From an uncultured Collinsella sp. (GTDB taxonomy: Bacteria > Actinomycetota > Coriobacteriia > Coriobacteriales > Coriobacteriaceae): a stretch of 64,000 bases of DNA. How positions within the stretch are numbered: the stretch's first letter is position 1; the number at the start of each line of letters is the position of its first letter. A program made the translations under genes and the position numbers. This document shows positions 1 through 8,426 of the stretch, in pieces. Under the pieces are notes generated by a model. That model was not told where the DNA came from. It worked only from the letters and a program-made list of their open reading frames with translations, and made no database searches. Where the stretch lies: NCBI GenBank assembly GCA_900545165.1, contig UQYA01000002.1:2543-66542 (forward strand), read 5' to 3'.

Positions 1-361
1 GATGCTTGCGGCCACGCTCGTCAAACGCGCGAACCATGGCCTCAAAAGAATCCGCGCTCACAAGCGGCTGGTCGCCCGGCAAAAAGAGGCAACCTTTCCA
101 GTTGCGTTCGACTCCCCACGAAAGGCCCGCACGGACGCTTTCGCTGCGCAGCTCGCCATCGTGCAACACGCACGGGCAATGCTTGTCCCCGCAAATCTGA
201 GCGACCTCGGGCCAACGCGTCGAAACCACGACGTCAAAGCCCTGGGGAACCGAATCGATGGTCCGGGCAATCAGTGGCTCGCCATAAATATCGGCAAGCA
301 TCTTGTTAGAGCCAAACCGCTTACCCTCGCCCGAAGCCATAATGACGCAACCGAGTTTCAT
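1..361 (-). CDS. mocA: MobA/MocA-like molybdenum-cofactor nucleotidyltransferase (YgfJ/MocA type); 5' part only, runs off the left edge
   Basis: Not in the ORF track because there is no stop in the window. My own translation from ATG 361 reads MKLGCVIMASGEGKRFGSNKMLADIYGEPLIARTID.... It carries the ASGxGxRFG NTP-binding loop of MobA-like transferases. A GGAGG lies about 10 nt upstream. It sits downstream of arcC, as ygfJ does in the E. coli yge/ygf region. Confidence 0.6.
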   Translation of the reverse strand, partial: MKLGCVIMASGEGKRFGSNKMLADIYGEPLIARTIDSVPQGFDVVVSTRWPEVAQICGDKHCPCVLHDGELRSESVRAGLSWGVERNWKGCLFLPGDQPLVSADSFEAMVRAFDERGRKH

Positions 362-538
362 CTCCGCAAACCTCCCCTGGCTGCTTTGGACACCATAGTT
401 GCTATACCCACCATACCAAGCTCACACTCCGTCGGAACAGGCACGCACTCGTTTTCCAGCGAACGACCCTTGGCTCTCCATAGCACAAAGGAGGGCACCC
501 CGCGACGCAGGGCACCCTCCTCAATGGTGCAGATATGC

Positions 539-1489
539 CTACTCAGCGTCGCCGGTAAACGTGGTACCGGTCTTGCCGGCAAGACCGTCACGCGCCTTCT
601 CGAGCAGCGTGATGAGCGCCGTGCGGCCCGGCTTGCTCTCGGCAAACGTCGAGGCGGCCTGAACCTTGGGCAGCATGGAGCCACGACCGAACTCGTTGGC
701 CTCGGACAGACGCTTTACGTCAGCCGCGGTCAGCGTGTCGAGCCACTGCTCGTGGTCGGTGCCAAAGCCAATGGCAACCTTCTCCACGGCCGTCAGGATA
801 ATCAGGGCATCGGCGTCGAGCTGCTCGGCGAGCTTCTCGGCCGCAAAGTCCTTATCGATGACGGCGGCAGCGCCCTTAAGGTGGTTGCCCTGGGACTTGG
901 TGACGGGAATGCCGCCACCGCCGCAGGAGATCACCACATGGTTGGACTCGACGAGCGACTTAATGGTGTCGAGCTCGACGATGTTCACGGGCTTGGGCGA
1001 GGCAACCACGCGACGGAAGCCCTGCTTCTCGTCGTGGATGAACTGATAGCCGCGATCGGCCTCCAGCTCCTTGGCCTCGGCCTCGCTCATCCACGGACCG
1101 ATCGGCTTGACCGGGTCGGCAAAGGCCGGGTCGTCCGCCGCAACCTCGACCTGGGTGAGCACGGTCGCGACACCCTTGTCGATATTGCGGTCGAGCATTT
1201 CCTCGCGCAGCGCATTTTGCAGGTCATAGCCAATGTAGCCCTGGCTCATGGCGCCGCAAACGGACAAGGGGCAGGGAACGTACTTCTGAGGATTAGAGCG
1301 CGTGAGCTCAGCCATCGCGTTGGCGATCATGCCCACCTGGGGACCGTTGCCGTGCACGACGACGACCTCGTTGCCCTCCTCGATCAGGTCGACGATAGCC
1401 TTGGAAGTCGTCTTGACGGCCTCCATCTGCTCGGGAAGGTTGGCGCCGAGGGCGTTTCCGCCCAGGGCGACAACGATACGCTTAGCCAT
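539..1489 (-). CDS. arcC: carbamate kinase
   Basis: 316-aa ORF with N-terminus MAKRIVVALGGNALG and motif VVVHGNGPQVG, both typical of carbamate kinase. ATG at 1489, 14 nt after the ygeW stop. Confidence 0.9.
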   Translation of the reverse strand: MAKRIVVALGGNALGANLPEQMEAVKTTSKAIVDLIEEGNEVVVVHGNGPQVGMIANAMAELTRSNPQKYVPCPLSVCGAMSQGYIGYDLQNALREEMLDRNIDKGVATVLTQVEVAADDPAFADPVKPIGPWMSEAEAKELEADRGYQFIHDEKQGFRRVVASPKPVNIVELDTIKSLVESNHVVISCGGGGIPVTKSQGNHLKGAAAVIDKDFAAEKLAEQLDADALIILTAVEKVAIGFGTDHEQWLDTLTAADVKRLSEANEFGRGSMLPKVQAASTFAESKPGRTALITLLEKARDGLAGKTGTTFTGDAE

Positions 1490-1503
1490 TTCTCAGCCCA
1501 GCT

Positions 1504-2706
1504 TTAGGCCTGGAACCAACGGGCGGTGTTGCGCTCGTCGAGGGCCTTGAGGGTAGCGGCGGGATCGGCAACCTTCTGCAGGAACATCATGGCTGCGATG
1601 GCGTACGGCTTGTAGCTGGCCTCCTTGTACATGCCCACGCGGTGCATGTCGAAGACGTCGGCGTTGACCTCGCCGTGCTCGCAGGAGACACCGGAGATGT
1701 CGGCGGGCAGCGGATGCATAAAGATAGTGTCCTGGCCGTTGGCGGTCTTCTCCATGAGCTCGGTCGTGGAGCACCAATCCTGATGCGTGGCGTTCTGGGC
1801 GAGCAGCTCCTTCTCGAGCGCTGCGATGCCGGCGTCGTCGCCCTCGGCGTACAGGTTGGTACGCTTTTCCATGGCGGCAAACGGAGCCCAGCTCTTGGGG
1901 ATCACGATGTCGGCGCCCTCGAAGGCCTCGGCCATGGTGTTGACCTGCTTAAAGGTGGTGCCGGACTCGGCGGCATAGGTCTTGGCGCGCTCGACGACCT
2001 CGGGCATGAGGTCGTAGCCCTCGGGGTGAGCCAGGGTGACGTCCATGCCAAAGCGGGGCAGCAGGCTGATTAGCGACTGCGGGCAGGACAGCGGCTTGCC
2101 GTAAGAGGGCGAATAGGCCCAGGTGACGGCAACCTTCTTGCCCTTGAGGTTCTCGAGGCCGCCAAACTCGTTGATAAGGTAGAGCATGTCGGCAGAGGAC
2201 TGCGTGGGGTGATCGGAGTCGGACTGCAGGGAGATGAGCGTGGGACGGTGATCCAGAACGCCGTCCTCGTAAGCCTGCCGGACAGACTCGGAGACCTCGG
2301 CCATGTAGGCGTCGCCCTTGCCGATGTACATGTCGTCGCGGATGCCGATGACGTCGGCCATGAAGGAGATCATGGTAGCGGTCTCGCGGACGGTCTCGCC
2401 GTGAGCGATCTGGGACTTCTTCTCGTCCAGGTCCTGCAGCTCAAGGCCGAGCAGGTTGGCGGCCTTAGAGAAGGAGAAGCGCGTACGGGTGGAGTTGTCG
2501 CGGAACAGCGAGACGGCCAGGCCCGAATCGAAGATCTTGGACGAAACGTTGTTCTCGCGCAGCTCGCGCAGAGCGTCGGCGACGATGTAGAGCGCCTTGA
2601 GCTCATCGGTGGTCTTATCCCAGGTGTGCAGGAAGTCGCTGCCGTACATACCCTTAAAATCGAGGCCGTTCAGCTGCTCGACGAGCTCGGTAAACTTGGC
2701 GTCCAT
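1504..2706 (-). CDS. ygeW: YgeW-type (knotted) carbamoyltransferase
   Basis: ORF 1504..2892 trimmed to ATG 2706, which has GAAAGGA 7 nt upstream. It has the STRTR carbamoyl-phosphate motif (NSTRTRFSF) and an HPLP motif (FMHPLPA). About 400 aa, as in YgeW. Confidence 0.85.
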   Translation of the reverse strand: MDAKFTELVEQLNGLDFKGMYGSDFLHTWDKTTDELKALYIVADALRELRENNVSSKIFDSGLAVSLFRDNSTRTRFSFSKAANLLGLELQDLDEKKSQIAHGETVRETATMISFMADVIGIRDDMYIGKGDAYMAEVSESVRQAYEDGVLDHRPTLISLQSDSDHPTQSSADMLYLINEFGGLENLKGKKVAVTWAYSPSYGKPLSCPQSLISLLPRFGMDVTLAHPEGYDLMPEVVERAKTYAAESGTTFKQVNTMAEAFEGADIVIPKSWAPFAAMEKRTNLYAEGDDAGIAALEKELLAQNATHQDWCSTTELMEKTANGQDTIFMHPLPADISGVSCEHGEVNADVFDMHRVGMYKEASYKPYAIAAMMFLQKVADPAATLKALDERNTARWFQA

Positions 2707-2907
2707 GGAAATGTCCTTTCTAAAGGTGAAACGATCGCAATGAGTAGATGCGCTCCGGCATGCGCGTGTGGCTAGAACATGCAGAGCGCTATGACGAGGA
2801 CCCGCCACCGTCGAGGAAGCATGGGAGATAACGACCGCGGGCCCCAAGTCAACAGGAGGCGCCGGGGGCATAAACTGCCCCCGGCTCAACAAGATCGAGG
2901 AATGGGA

Positions 2908-4293
2908 CTAGTCGATCTTGTTGTTGGTCAGACCGGCGCGGAACACGGTGGCGTCGCCATCGGCCTGGCTCGGATCGTAGAGGTTCAGGGCAGCCACATA
3001 CATGGCGGCAGCGGTGACCAGGTCGTCCTTGTAGGTGACCTCGTTGGGAGCGTGAGCCTGAGACTCGGCACCCGGGCCAAAGCCGACGCAGGGGATGCCA
3101 TAGCGGCCCTGGATGGAGACGCAGTTCGTGGAGAAGGTCCACTTGTCGCACAGCGGACGACCGGTGCGCTTGTCCATGCTGGGCTCGCAGCCGATGCGCT
3201 CGTCACCGAACATGGCCTTGTGGGCGTCGACGAGGGCCTTGACGTGCGGAGCGGTCTCCTTGTTGATCCACGTGGGGAAGTAAGCCTCGGTCTCGTAGAC
3301 CTCGCCGGTCCAGGACGGACGGTCGTACATGTACATGGAGACCTTCACGTCGTCGCCGTACTTCTTGGCGGCCGGCAGGTTGCGGATCTCGTCCAGGCAG
3401 GACTCCCAGGTCTCGCCGGCGGTCATGCGACGGTCGATGGAGATGGCGCAGGAATCGGCCACGGCGCAGCGGCTGGGGCTGGTGTAGAAGATCTGGCTGA
3501 CGGTGCAGGTGCCGCGGCCCAGGAAGCGGGCATCCTCGTAGTGCTCGGGGTTGTACTTGGGGTCGAGCATCTTGACGAGACCCTTGATGTCGGTCGACTC
3601 GTCGCAGCCGTTGTTGTTGAGGGCGCGGACGTCAGCGATGATGTCAGCCATCTTGTAGATGGCGTTGTCGCCGCGGTCGGGAGCGGAGCCGTGGCAGGAG
3701 GTACCGTGAACGTCGACGCGGATCTCCATACGGCCGCGGTGACCGCGATAGATGCCGCCGTCGGTGGGCTCAGTGGAAATGACAAACTCGGGCTTAATGC
3801 CGTCCTTGTTGTAGATGTACTGCCAGCACATGCCGTCGCAGTCCTCTTCCTGGACGGTGCCGACGACCATGATCTTGTAGCCCTCGGGGATGAGGCCCAT
3901 GTCCTTCATCATCTTGGCAGCATAGGTAGCAGAAGCCATGCCGCCCTCCTGGTCGGAGCCGCCGCGGCCGTAGATGATCTCGTCGGTCTCGTAGCCCTCA
4001 TAGGGATCGGCGTCCCAGTTCTCGATGTTGCCGATGCCGACGGTGTCGATGTGGGAGTCGATGGCGATAATCTTGTCGCCCTCGCCCATAAAGCCCATAA
4101 CGTTGCCCAGGCCGTCGACCTTGACCTCGTCATAGCCGAGGCTCTCCATCTCGGCCTTGATGCAGGCGACAACCTCGCCCTCCTCGCAGGACTCAGAGGG
4201 GTGAGAGATCATGGCGCGCAGAAAGCGAGTCATATCAGCACGATGGGACTCAGCAGCAGCCTTGATAGCGTCGAAATCGAGTTCCTTAGTCAT
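2908..4293 (-). CDS. ygeY: YgeY-type M20 family metallo-hydrolase
   Basis: M20 peptidase motifs are present: [29 protein letters not shown]. Start placed at ATG 4293 (GAAAGG 9 nt upstream); the track starts it at TTG 4302. Confidence 0.85.
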   Translation of the reverse strand: MTKELDFDAIKAAAESHRADMTRFLRAMISHPSESCEEGEVVACIKAEMESLGYDEVKVDGLGNVMGFMGEGDKIIAIDSHIDTVGIGNIENWDADPYEGYETDEIIYGRGGSDQEGGMASATYAAKMMKDMGLIPEGYKIMVVGTVQEEDCDGMCWQYIYNKDGIKPEFVISTEPTDGGIYRGHRGRMEIRVDVHGTSCHGSAPDRGDNAIYKMADIIADVRALNNNGCDESTDIKGLVKMLDPKYNPEHYEDARFLGRGTCTVSQIFYTSPSRCAVADSCAISIDRRMTAGETWESCLDEIRNLPAAKKYGDDVKVSMYMYDRPSWTGEVYETEAYFPTWINKETAPHVKALVDAHKAMFGDERIGCEPSMDKRTGRPLCDKWTFSTNCVSIQGRYGIPCVGFGPGAESQAHAPNEVTYKDDLVTAAAMYVAALNLYDPSQADGDATVFRAGLTNNKID

Positions 4294-4397
4294 AACAGTC
4301 AACCTTTCTACAAGGGTTTACCTACAGATAGATATTTCAGATAGATCACTTGTGCCAAGCAGCGTGAGGTCGAGTACCCCACGAGCAAGTGGACGTA

Positions 4398-4516
4398 GGG
4401 TGGCGGAGCATATGTTTGCTCCGTCGCGAGTTCCGCACGCAAAGGAAAGCACTTAATGTGCTTTCCGTCTTGCGCAGGACTGTTCGAGCAGGGAGCAAAC
4501 ATATGCTCCGCCACCC
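4398..4516. repeat. Large palindromic element, copy 1: 25-bp perfect inverted arms around a 69-nt core
   Basis: Arm GGGTGGCGGAGCATATGTTTGCTCC (4398-4422) is the exact reverse complement of 4492-4516. The core 4423-4491 contains the hairpin GGAAAGCAC-TTAAT-GTGCTTTCC. The core recurs in inverted orientation at 52382-52450. Confidence 0.85.
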
Positions 4517-4532
4517 GGACAGGTCAGGCCTG

Positions 4533-5747
4533 CTAGCAGGTGGGGTACTCGCCCTCCCAGACGATGCGACGGTACTGATCCGGATCCGTGTCGCCCTCGG
4601 TGGAGAAGCAGAGCACGGAGCTCGTCTTGTCCAGGCCGATGAGCTCCTTGAGCTCGGCGTACTCGGGATCGAGCATGAGGGTCTCGACCAGGCCGGTGGT
4701 CACCGCGCCGGACTCGCCGGAGATGACGCGCGGGTCGCCCTTCTCGGGAGCGCCCAGGGTGCGCATGCCGCGAGCGGTGACCCAGTCGGGGCAGGACACG
4801 AAGGCGGTAGCGTGGTTGCGCAGGATATCCCAGCCCAGGATGTTGGGCTCGCCGCAGCACAGACCGGCCATGATGGAGGGCATGTCGCCGTCCACGATGC
4901 GCGGATCGCCGTCGCCGGCGGCAGCGCCCTTGTACAGGCAGGCGGCAGGCGCGCACTCAACCACGACGAAGGTGGGCGGGTTATCGGGATACAGGTTGGT
5001 GAAGTAGCCCACCACGGCGCCGGCGAGCGAACCCACGCCAGCCTGGACAAACACGTGCGTCGGGCGGTTGATGGCCATCTCGCGCAGCTGCTCGGCAGCC
5101 TCGGAAGCCATGGTGCCGTAACCCTCCATGATCCAGGACGGGATCTTCTCGTAGCCCTCCCAGGCGGTGTCCTGAACGATGACGCCACGCTCGCAGGCGT
5201 CAGCCTCGGCGGCAGCCATGCGCACGCACTCGTCGTAGTTGACCTCTTCGATGGTCACCGTGGCGCCCTCGGCGGCGATGTTATCGAAGCGGGGCTTGGT
5301 GGAACCCTTGGGCATGTGCACGACGGCCTTCTGGCCCAGCTTGTTGGCAGCCCATGCCACGCCGCGGCCATGGTTGCCGTCGGTAGCGGTAAAGAAGGTG
5401 GCCTGGCCAAAGTCCTCGGCCAGCTGATCGGAGGTCAGGTAATCGAAGGTGCAGTCGGCAACGTCCTTGCCGGTCTCGTCGGCAATATAGTTGGCCATGG
5501 CAAACGAGCCGCCCAGGACCTTAAAGGCGTTGAGGCCAAAGCGATAGCTCTCGTCCTTAACGCACAGGTTGGACAGGCCCAGGCGCGCGGCCTGGCCGTC
5601 CAGGCGGGCAAGCGGAGTGACGGTGTACTGGGGGAACGACTGGTGGAAGGCACGGGCCTTCTTCACGTGGTCGAGACTCATGATTCCCAAGTGCTTGTCA
5701 TCGCTCTTGGGCATCGTGTTGCTCGCCCACTGGATCTTATCGGCCAT
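4533..5747 (-). CDS. dpaL: diaminopropionate ammonia-lyase (PLP-dependent, YgeX/DpaL)
   Basis: 404-aa ORF. The segment KDESYRFGLNAFKVLGG contains the PLP-lysine context of the Trp-synthase-beta-like fold. AAGGAG lies 8 nt before ATG 5747. Confidence 0.85.
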   Translation of the reverse strand: MADKIQWASNTMPKSDDKHLGIMSLDHVKKARAFHQSFPQYTVTPLARLDGQAARLGLSNLCVKDESYRFGLNAFKVLGGSFAMANYIADETGKDVADCTFDYLTSDQLAEDFGQATFFTATDGNHGRGVAWAANKLGQKAVVHMPKGSTKPRFDNIAAEGATVTIEEVNYDECVRMAAAEADACERGVIVQDTAWEGYEKIPSWIMEGYGTMASEAAEQLREMAINRPTHVFVQAGVGSLAGAVVGYFTNLYPDNPPTFVVVECAPAACLYKGAAAGDGDPRIVDGDMPSIMAGLCCGEPNILGWDILRNHATAFVSCPDWVTARGMRTLGAPEKGDPRVISGESGAVTTGLVETLMLDPEYAELKELIGLDKTSSVLCFSTEGDTDPDQYRRIVWEGEYPTC

Positions 5748-5839
5748 ACGGTGAACTCCTTAAGTCCTCTCTTGCCGGCCCCCGCATACGCGTTTCAGCC
5801 CATTCCCATTCATGCGACTGAACTTTTATGTGGATGCCA

Positions 5840-5905
5840 AACAAAAAGTTTGTTAGCACTGTTCTATCACACTTTTTGATTGGAAAACCTAACAAATTGT
5901 TTGTT
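5840..5905. promoter_or_regulatory. Two AACAAA-N3-TTTGTT palindromes in the dpaL / yheO-like divergent intergenic region (candidate operators)
   Basis: AACAAAaagTTTGTT at 5840-5854 and AACAAAttgTTTGTT at 5891-5905, 51 bp apart. They lie between divergent starts at 5747 (-) and 6025 (+). Confidence 0.35.
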
Positions 5906-6024
5906 GCCGTAATCGGTACCTTTTCGCCGCCGAACGGTTATGAATTGCCTTGTTGATGGATTTGTTTGCGGTCAAGTGTGGTTTATGGCAAAGTGTGCCC
6001 AAACTAATTTTTAGGAAGGCACCC

Positions 6025-6678
6025 ATGACCCCCGCACAGATTGAGTTTTACAAGCGCCTCGCACACGGTCTGGCGCTCCAATTTGGCCCCAACTGCGAAG
6101 TCGTCGTCCACGATCTGGAGACCGAGGACGTGGACCACTCCATCGTAGTGATCGAAAACGGCCACGTCAGCGGGCGCAAACTGGGTGACGGCCCCAGCCA
6201 TATTGTGTTTGAGTCCATGCACGAGGGCGTCACCGATGTACACGACCGCGAGCCGTACCTCACTAAAACCACCGACGGTAAGCTGCTCAAATCGTCGACG
6301 ATCTTTATCCGCAACGACGAGGGCAAGCCCGTCGGCATTTTGGGCATCAACTTTGACATTACGCTCATGAAGGCTTTTGAGCGTTCGCTCGACGCCTTTA
6401 CCGGCACCGGCGGCATGGGCTATACCGAGCCCGAGCCCATTACCAAGAACATCGGCGACCTGCTCGAGGACCTGCTGCACGAGTGCGAGCAGTTTGTGGG
6501 CAAGCCCGCGGCACTCATGACCAAAGACGAGCGTATTCGTGCCATTGGCTACCTCGACCGTCGCGGCGCCTTCCTCATTTCCAAGTCGAGCGAGCGCGCC
6601 TGCGAGTTCTTTGGCATCTCCAAGTACAGCTTCTATAGCTACCTCAATGAGGCCAAGGCGGCGGCCGGCGACAAGTAG
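6025..6678 (+). CDS. YheO-like PAS-domain / C-terminal HTH transcriptional regulator
   Basis: ORF 5950..6678 trimmed to ATG 6025 (AGGAAGG upstream). It reads ...VVVHDLETEDVDHSIVVIENGHVSGRK...GILGINFDITL... with a C-terminal HTH segment ERACEFFGISKYSFYSYLNE. It is a paralogue of 39241-39897. Confidence 0.75.
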   Translation: MTPAQIEFYKRLAHGLALQFGPNCEVVVHDLETEDVDHSIVVIENGHVSGRKLGDGPSHIVFESMHEGVTDVHDREPYLTKTTDGKLLKSSTIFIRNDEGKPVGILGINFDITLMKAFERSLDAFTGTGGMGYTEPEPITKNIGDLLEDLLHECEQFVGKPAALMTKDERIRAIGYLDRRGAFLISKSSERACEFFGISKYSFYSYLNEAKAAAGDK

Positions 6679-6801
6679 GCACTCGCCTGGATTGCCCCTC
6701 CCCTTTTGGGCGCGAGTTCTGGAAAGCACGAATCCAAGACCGAGCCGCTTGGGAAGTTCCATATAATCGATGTCATTAGTATTTCGAAAGGATGGGACAG
6801 A

Positions 6802-7764
6802 ATGGCGTTGAGCAAGGCATCATGCACCGGTCGCGGATTGATTCCGGCAATTGGTGGACATGTGCACCACATGTTCGATGAGAGTGAAGACGACCTGTTT
6901 TCGCTGAGCCTTGACGACGTGATGGATGATCGCCCGTGGACCGCCGACGAACTCATGGGCGGCGGGGCTCGCCCGTCAAGTCCCAATCCCGCACTTGCGC
7001 CTAAGCCCGCATCTGCGCCGACTCCTGCGCAGTCGCCCGCACCCACTTCGGCGCCCACGCCCGCTCCCCGCCCCGCAAGCGACCCATCCGAGACGGCGGC
7101 ATTTCTCGCTGCAGCGACGCAGGGCAAATCGGCCGACAGCACCGTTATGTATAACGCCCAGCAGTTGCCCGTTCCTGCGGCGCGCAAGCCTCCGGTCACA
7201 AGGCTCGATGAGCCCGTTGCCCATCAGGTTGCCTACGATTCCTGGGCTGCAGCCGATCTGGATGAGACCTCTACCGGCATGCCGGCGCTCGATGTTCCAG
7301 TTAACCCGCTTTTTGCCGCCAACACGAGCGCCGCAGACTATGAGGGCGGTGCGGCATATTCCGATTATTCCGATGGCTATGCTGGCAACGGTCGCATCGA
7401 GACCGAGGATTATGGCACCGCATCGAGCGATTATCTCAACGATCCGTACGCTGCCACGCCCGCACCGGAATATGACCCGGAGGCCGCGTCCGCGCCGGCG
7501 TATACCAAAAGCACGGGCGAAGAGCGCTTCGCCGATTATTACGCCGAGGAAAAGGCGCTGCGTTTCTCGGAATTTCCGCAGGCAGTCAAGGTTGCCTTTA
7601 TCGCCATTATCATTGCCCTGCTCGGTGTCATTGCGTTTGAGGGATTCCAGCTGTTCCGCGGCCCCACCCAAGCGGAGTCGGAAACCCAGCAAAAAGAGGA
7701 CGATAACCAGTACCTGGACATCAACACCCTCAAGGGCGACCCCAACGACGGAGACGACGAATAA
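6802..7764 (+). CDS. hypothetical Pro/Ala-rich, acidic, C-terminally anchored membrane protein
   Basis: ORF 6706..7764, with the start most plausible at ATG 6802 (AAGGA upstream). It has a low-complexity APxP region and DY-rich acidic segments. There is a single C-terminal TM segment (VAFIAIIIALLGVIAF). A strong terminator follows. Confidence 0.5.
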   Translation: MALSKASCTGRGLIPAIGGHVHHMFDESEDDLFSLSLDDVMDDRPWTADELMGGGARPSSPNPALAPKPASAPTPAQSPAPTSAPTPAPRPASDPSETAAFLAAATQGKSADSTVMYNAQQLPVPAARKPPVTRLDEPVAHQVAYDSWAAADLDETSTGMPALDVPVNPLFAANTSAADYEGGAAYSDYSDGYAGNGRIETEDYGTASSDYLNDPYAATPAPEYDPEAASAPAYTKSTGEERFADYYAEEKALRFSEFPQAVKVAFIAIIIALLGVIAFEGFQLFRGPTQAESETQQKEDDNQYLDINTLKGDPNDGDDE

Positions 7765-7796
7765 CAAATGCCAAAAATTGAGGGTCGTAGACCAAA

Positions 7797-7836
7797 TCAA
7801 CCCCGTGCGCTCATTGCCGCACGGGGTTGATTTTTG
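7797..7836 (+). terminator. rho-independent terminator
   Basis: TCAACCCCGTGCG-(8 nt)-CGCACGGGGTTGA followed by TTTTT, 33 nt after the stop at 7764. Confidence 0.8.
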
Positions 7837-7981
7837 TCCGCGCGCGCTGATAGACTCCATCGTGCCCGCAAGGAGCGGGCGCGTTTTATCCAGAGTCGGG
7901 GTAGAGAGTTGGCTCCACGATCCCGACGCCAACCGGCCAAGAGGCACGGTGGCCCTGCCAACATCGATGAAAGGAGTCCGT

Positions 7982-8404
7982 ATGAACAATTTCTCTATGC
8001 GCGGTGAGCTCAACTTCCACAACCTGGTAGTCAAGCCAAAACGAATGCATCTTCTGGACGAGCCGAGCGGCTATGCCTCGGCCATGGTCAAGAGCAGCCT
8101 CTCCCACCAGATGCGCTTTACGGTGGAGAAGCTCGAGGAAGAGCTTTGCGCCGCCAGCAATCCGCACGTGCTGCAGATCAAGCTGCTTGGAGACGACTCG
8201 CGCGAGCCGTCGAGTTGGAAGTTGTTTGCAGACGGCATGTGCGTCGCAGACGGCTCGGGTGACTTTGCCCGTGAGTGCTTCTACGAGGGAGCCGAGGTAT
8301 TCCTGGACCTGTGTCGCGATGCCGTCGAGACTGTCGAACTGCGCCAGTGGAGCCAGAGGGAGTATGAGCTGTTGAGTGCGGCCCGCGGGATTGCTATGGC
8401 GTAA
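7982..8404 (+). CDS. hypothetical protein (140 aa)
   Basis: This is the last 140 codons of track ORF 6926..8404. ATG 7982 is preceded by AAAGGAG. The last ~60 codons have a decayed second copy at 10045-10250. The antisense ORF 7886..8452 is judged less likely. Confidence 0.45.
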   Translation: MNNFSMRGELNFHNLVVKPKRMHLLDEPSGYASAMVKSSLSHQMRFTVEKLEEELCAASNPHVLQIKLLGDDSREPSSWKLFADGMCVADGSGDFARECFYEGAEVFLDLCRDAVETVELRQWSQREYELLSAARGIAMA

Positions 8405-8426
8405 GCGAGAGATCTCAGCAGTGTCA

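Noticed and set aside
2-1507. 501-aa plus-strand ORF covering the first 1.5 kb
   Set aside because: It is antisense to clear mocA and arcC genes. The translation is Ala/Gly/Leu/Arg-rich low complexity, typical of shadow ORFs in high-GC DNA. There is no recognisable motif.
1504-2892. N-terminal extensions of several track ORFs (ygeW to 2892, ygfK to 35916, accC to 59033, rplB to 50388, EIIC to 56019, ridA to 40462)
   Set aside because: The extensions are Arg/Pro/Ser-rich and overlap upstream genes or lack an SD. Internal ATGs with good SDs give proteins of canonical length and canonical N-termini.
4211-4514. Small ORFs 4211..4456 (+) and 4308..4514 (-), both containing AEHMFAP
   Set aside because: They are mirror-image artefacts of the 25-bp palindromic arms.
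2779-5879. Plus-strand ORFs 2779..4344 (521 aa) and 4389..5879 (496 aa)
   Set aside because: They are antisense shadows of ygeY and dpaL, with the same low-complexity composition and no SD or motifs.
6926-8404. 492-aa ORF spanning the Pro/Ala-rich gene, the terminator and the 140-aa gene
   Set aside because: It runs through a strong rho-independent terminator (7797-7836) in an Arg/Pro-rich alternative frame. Only the last 140 codons, from ATG 7982 with an SD, are kept.
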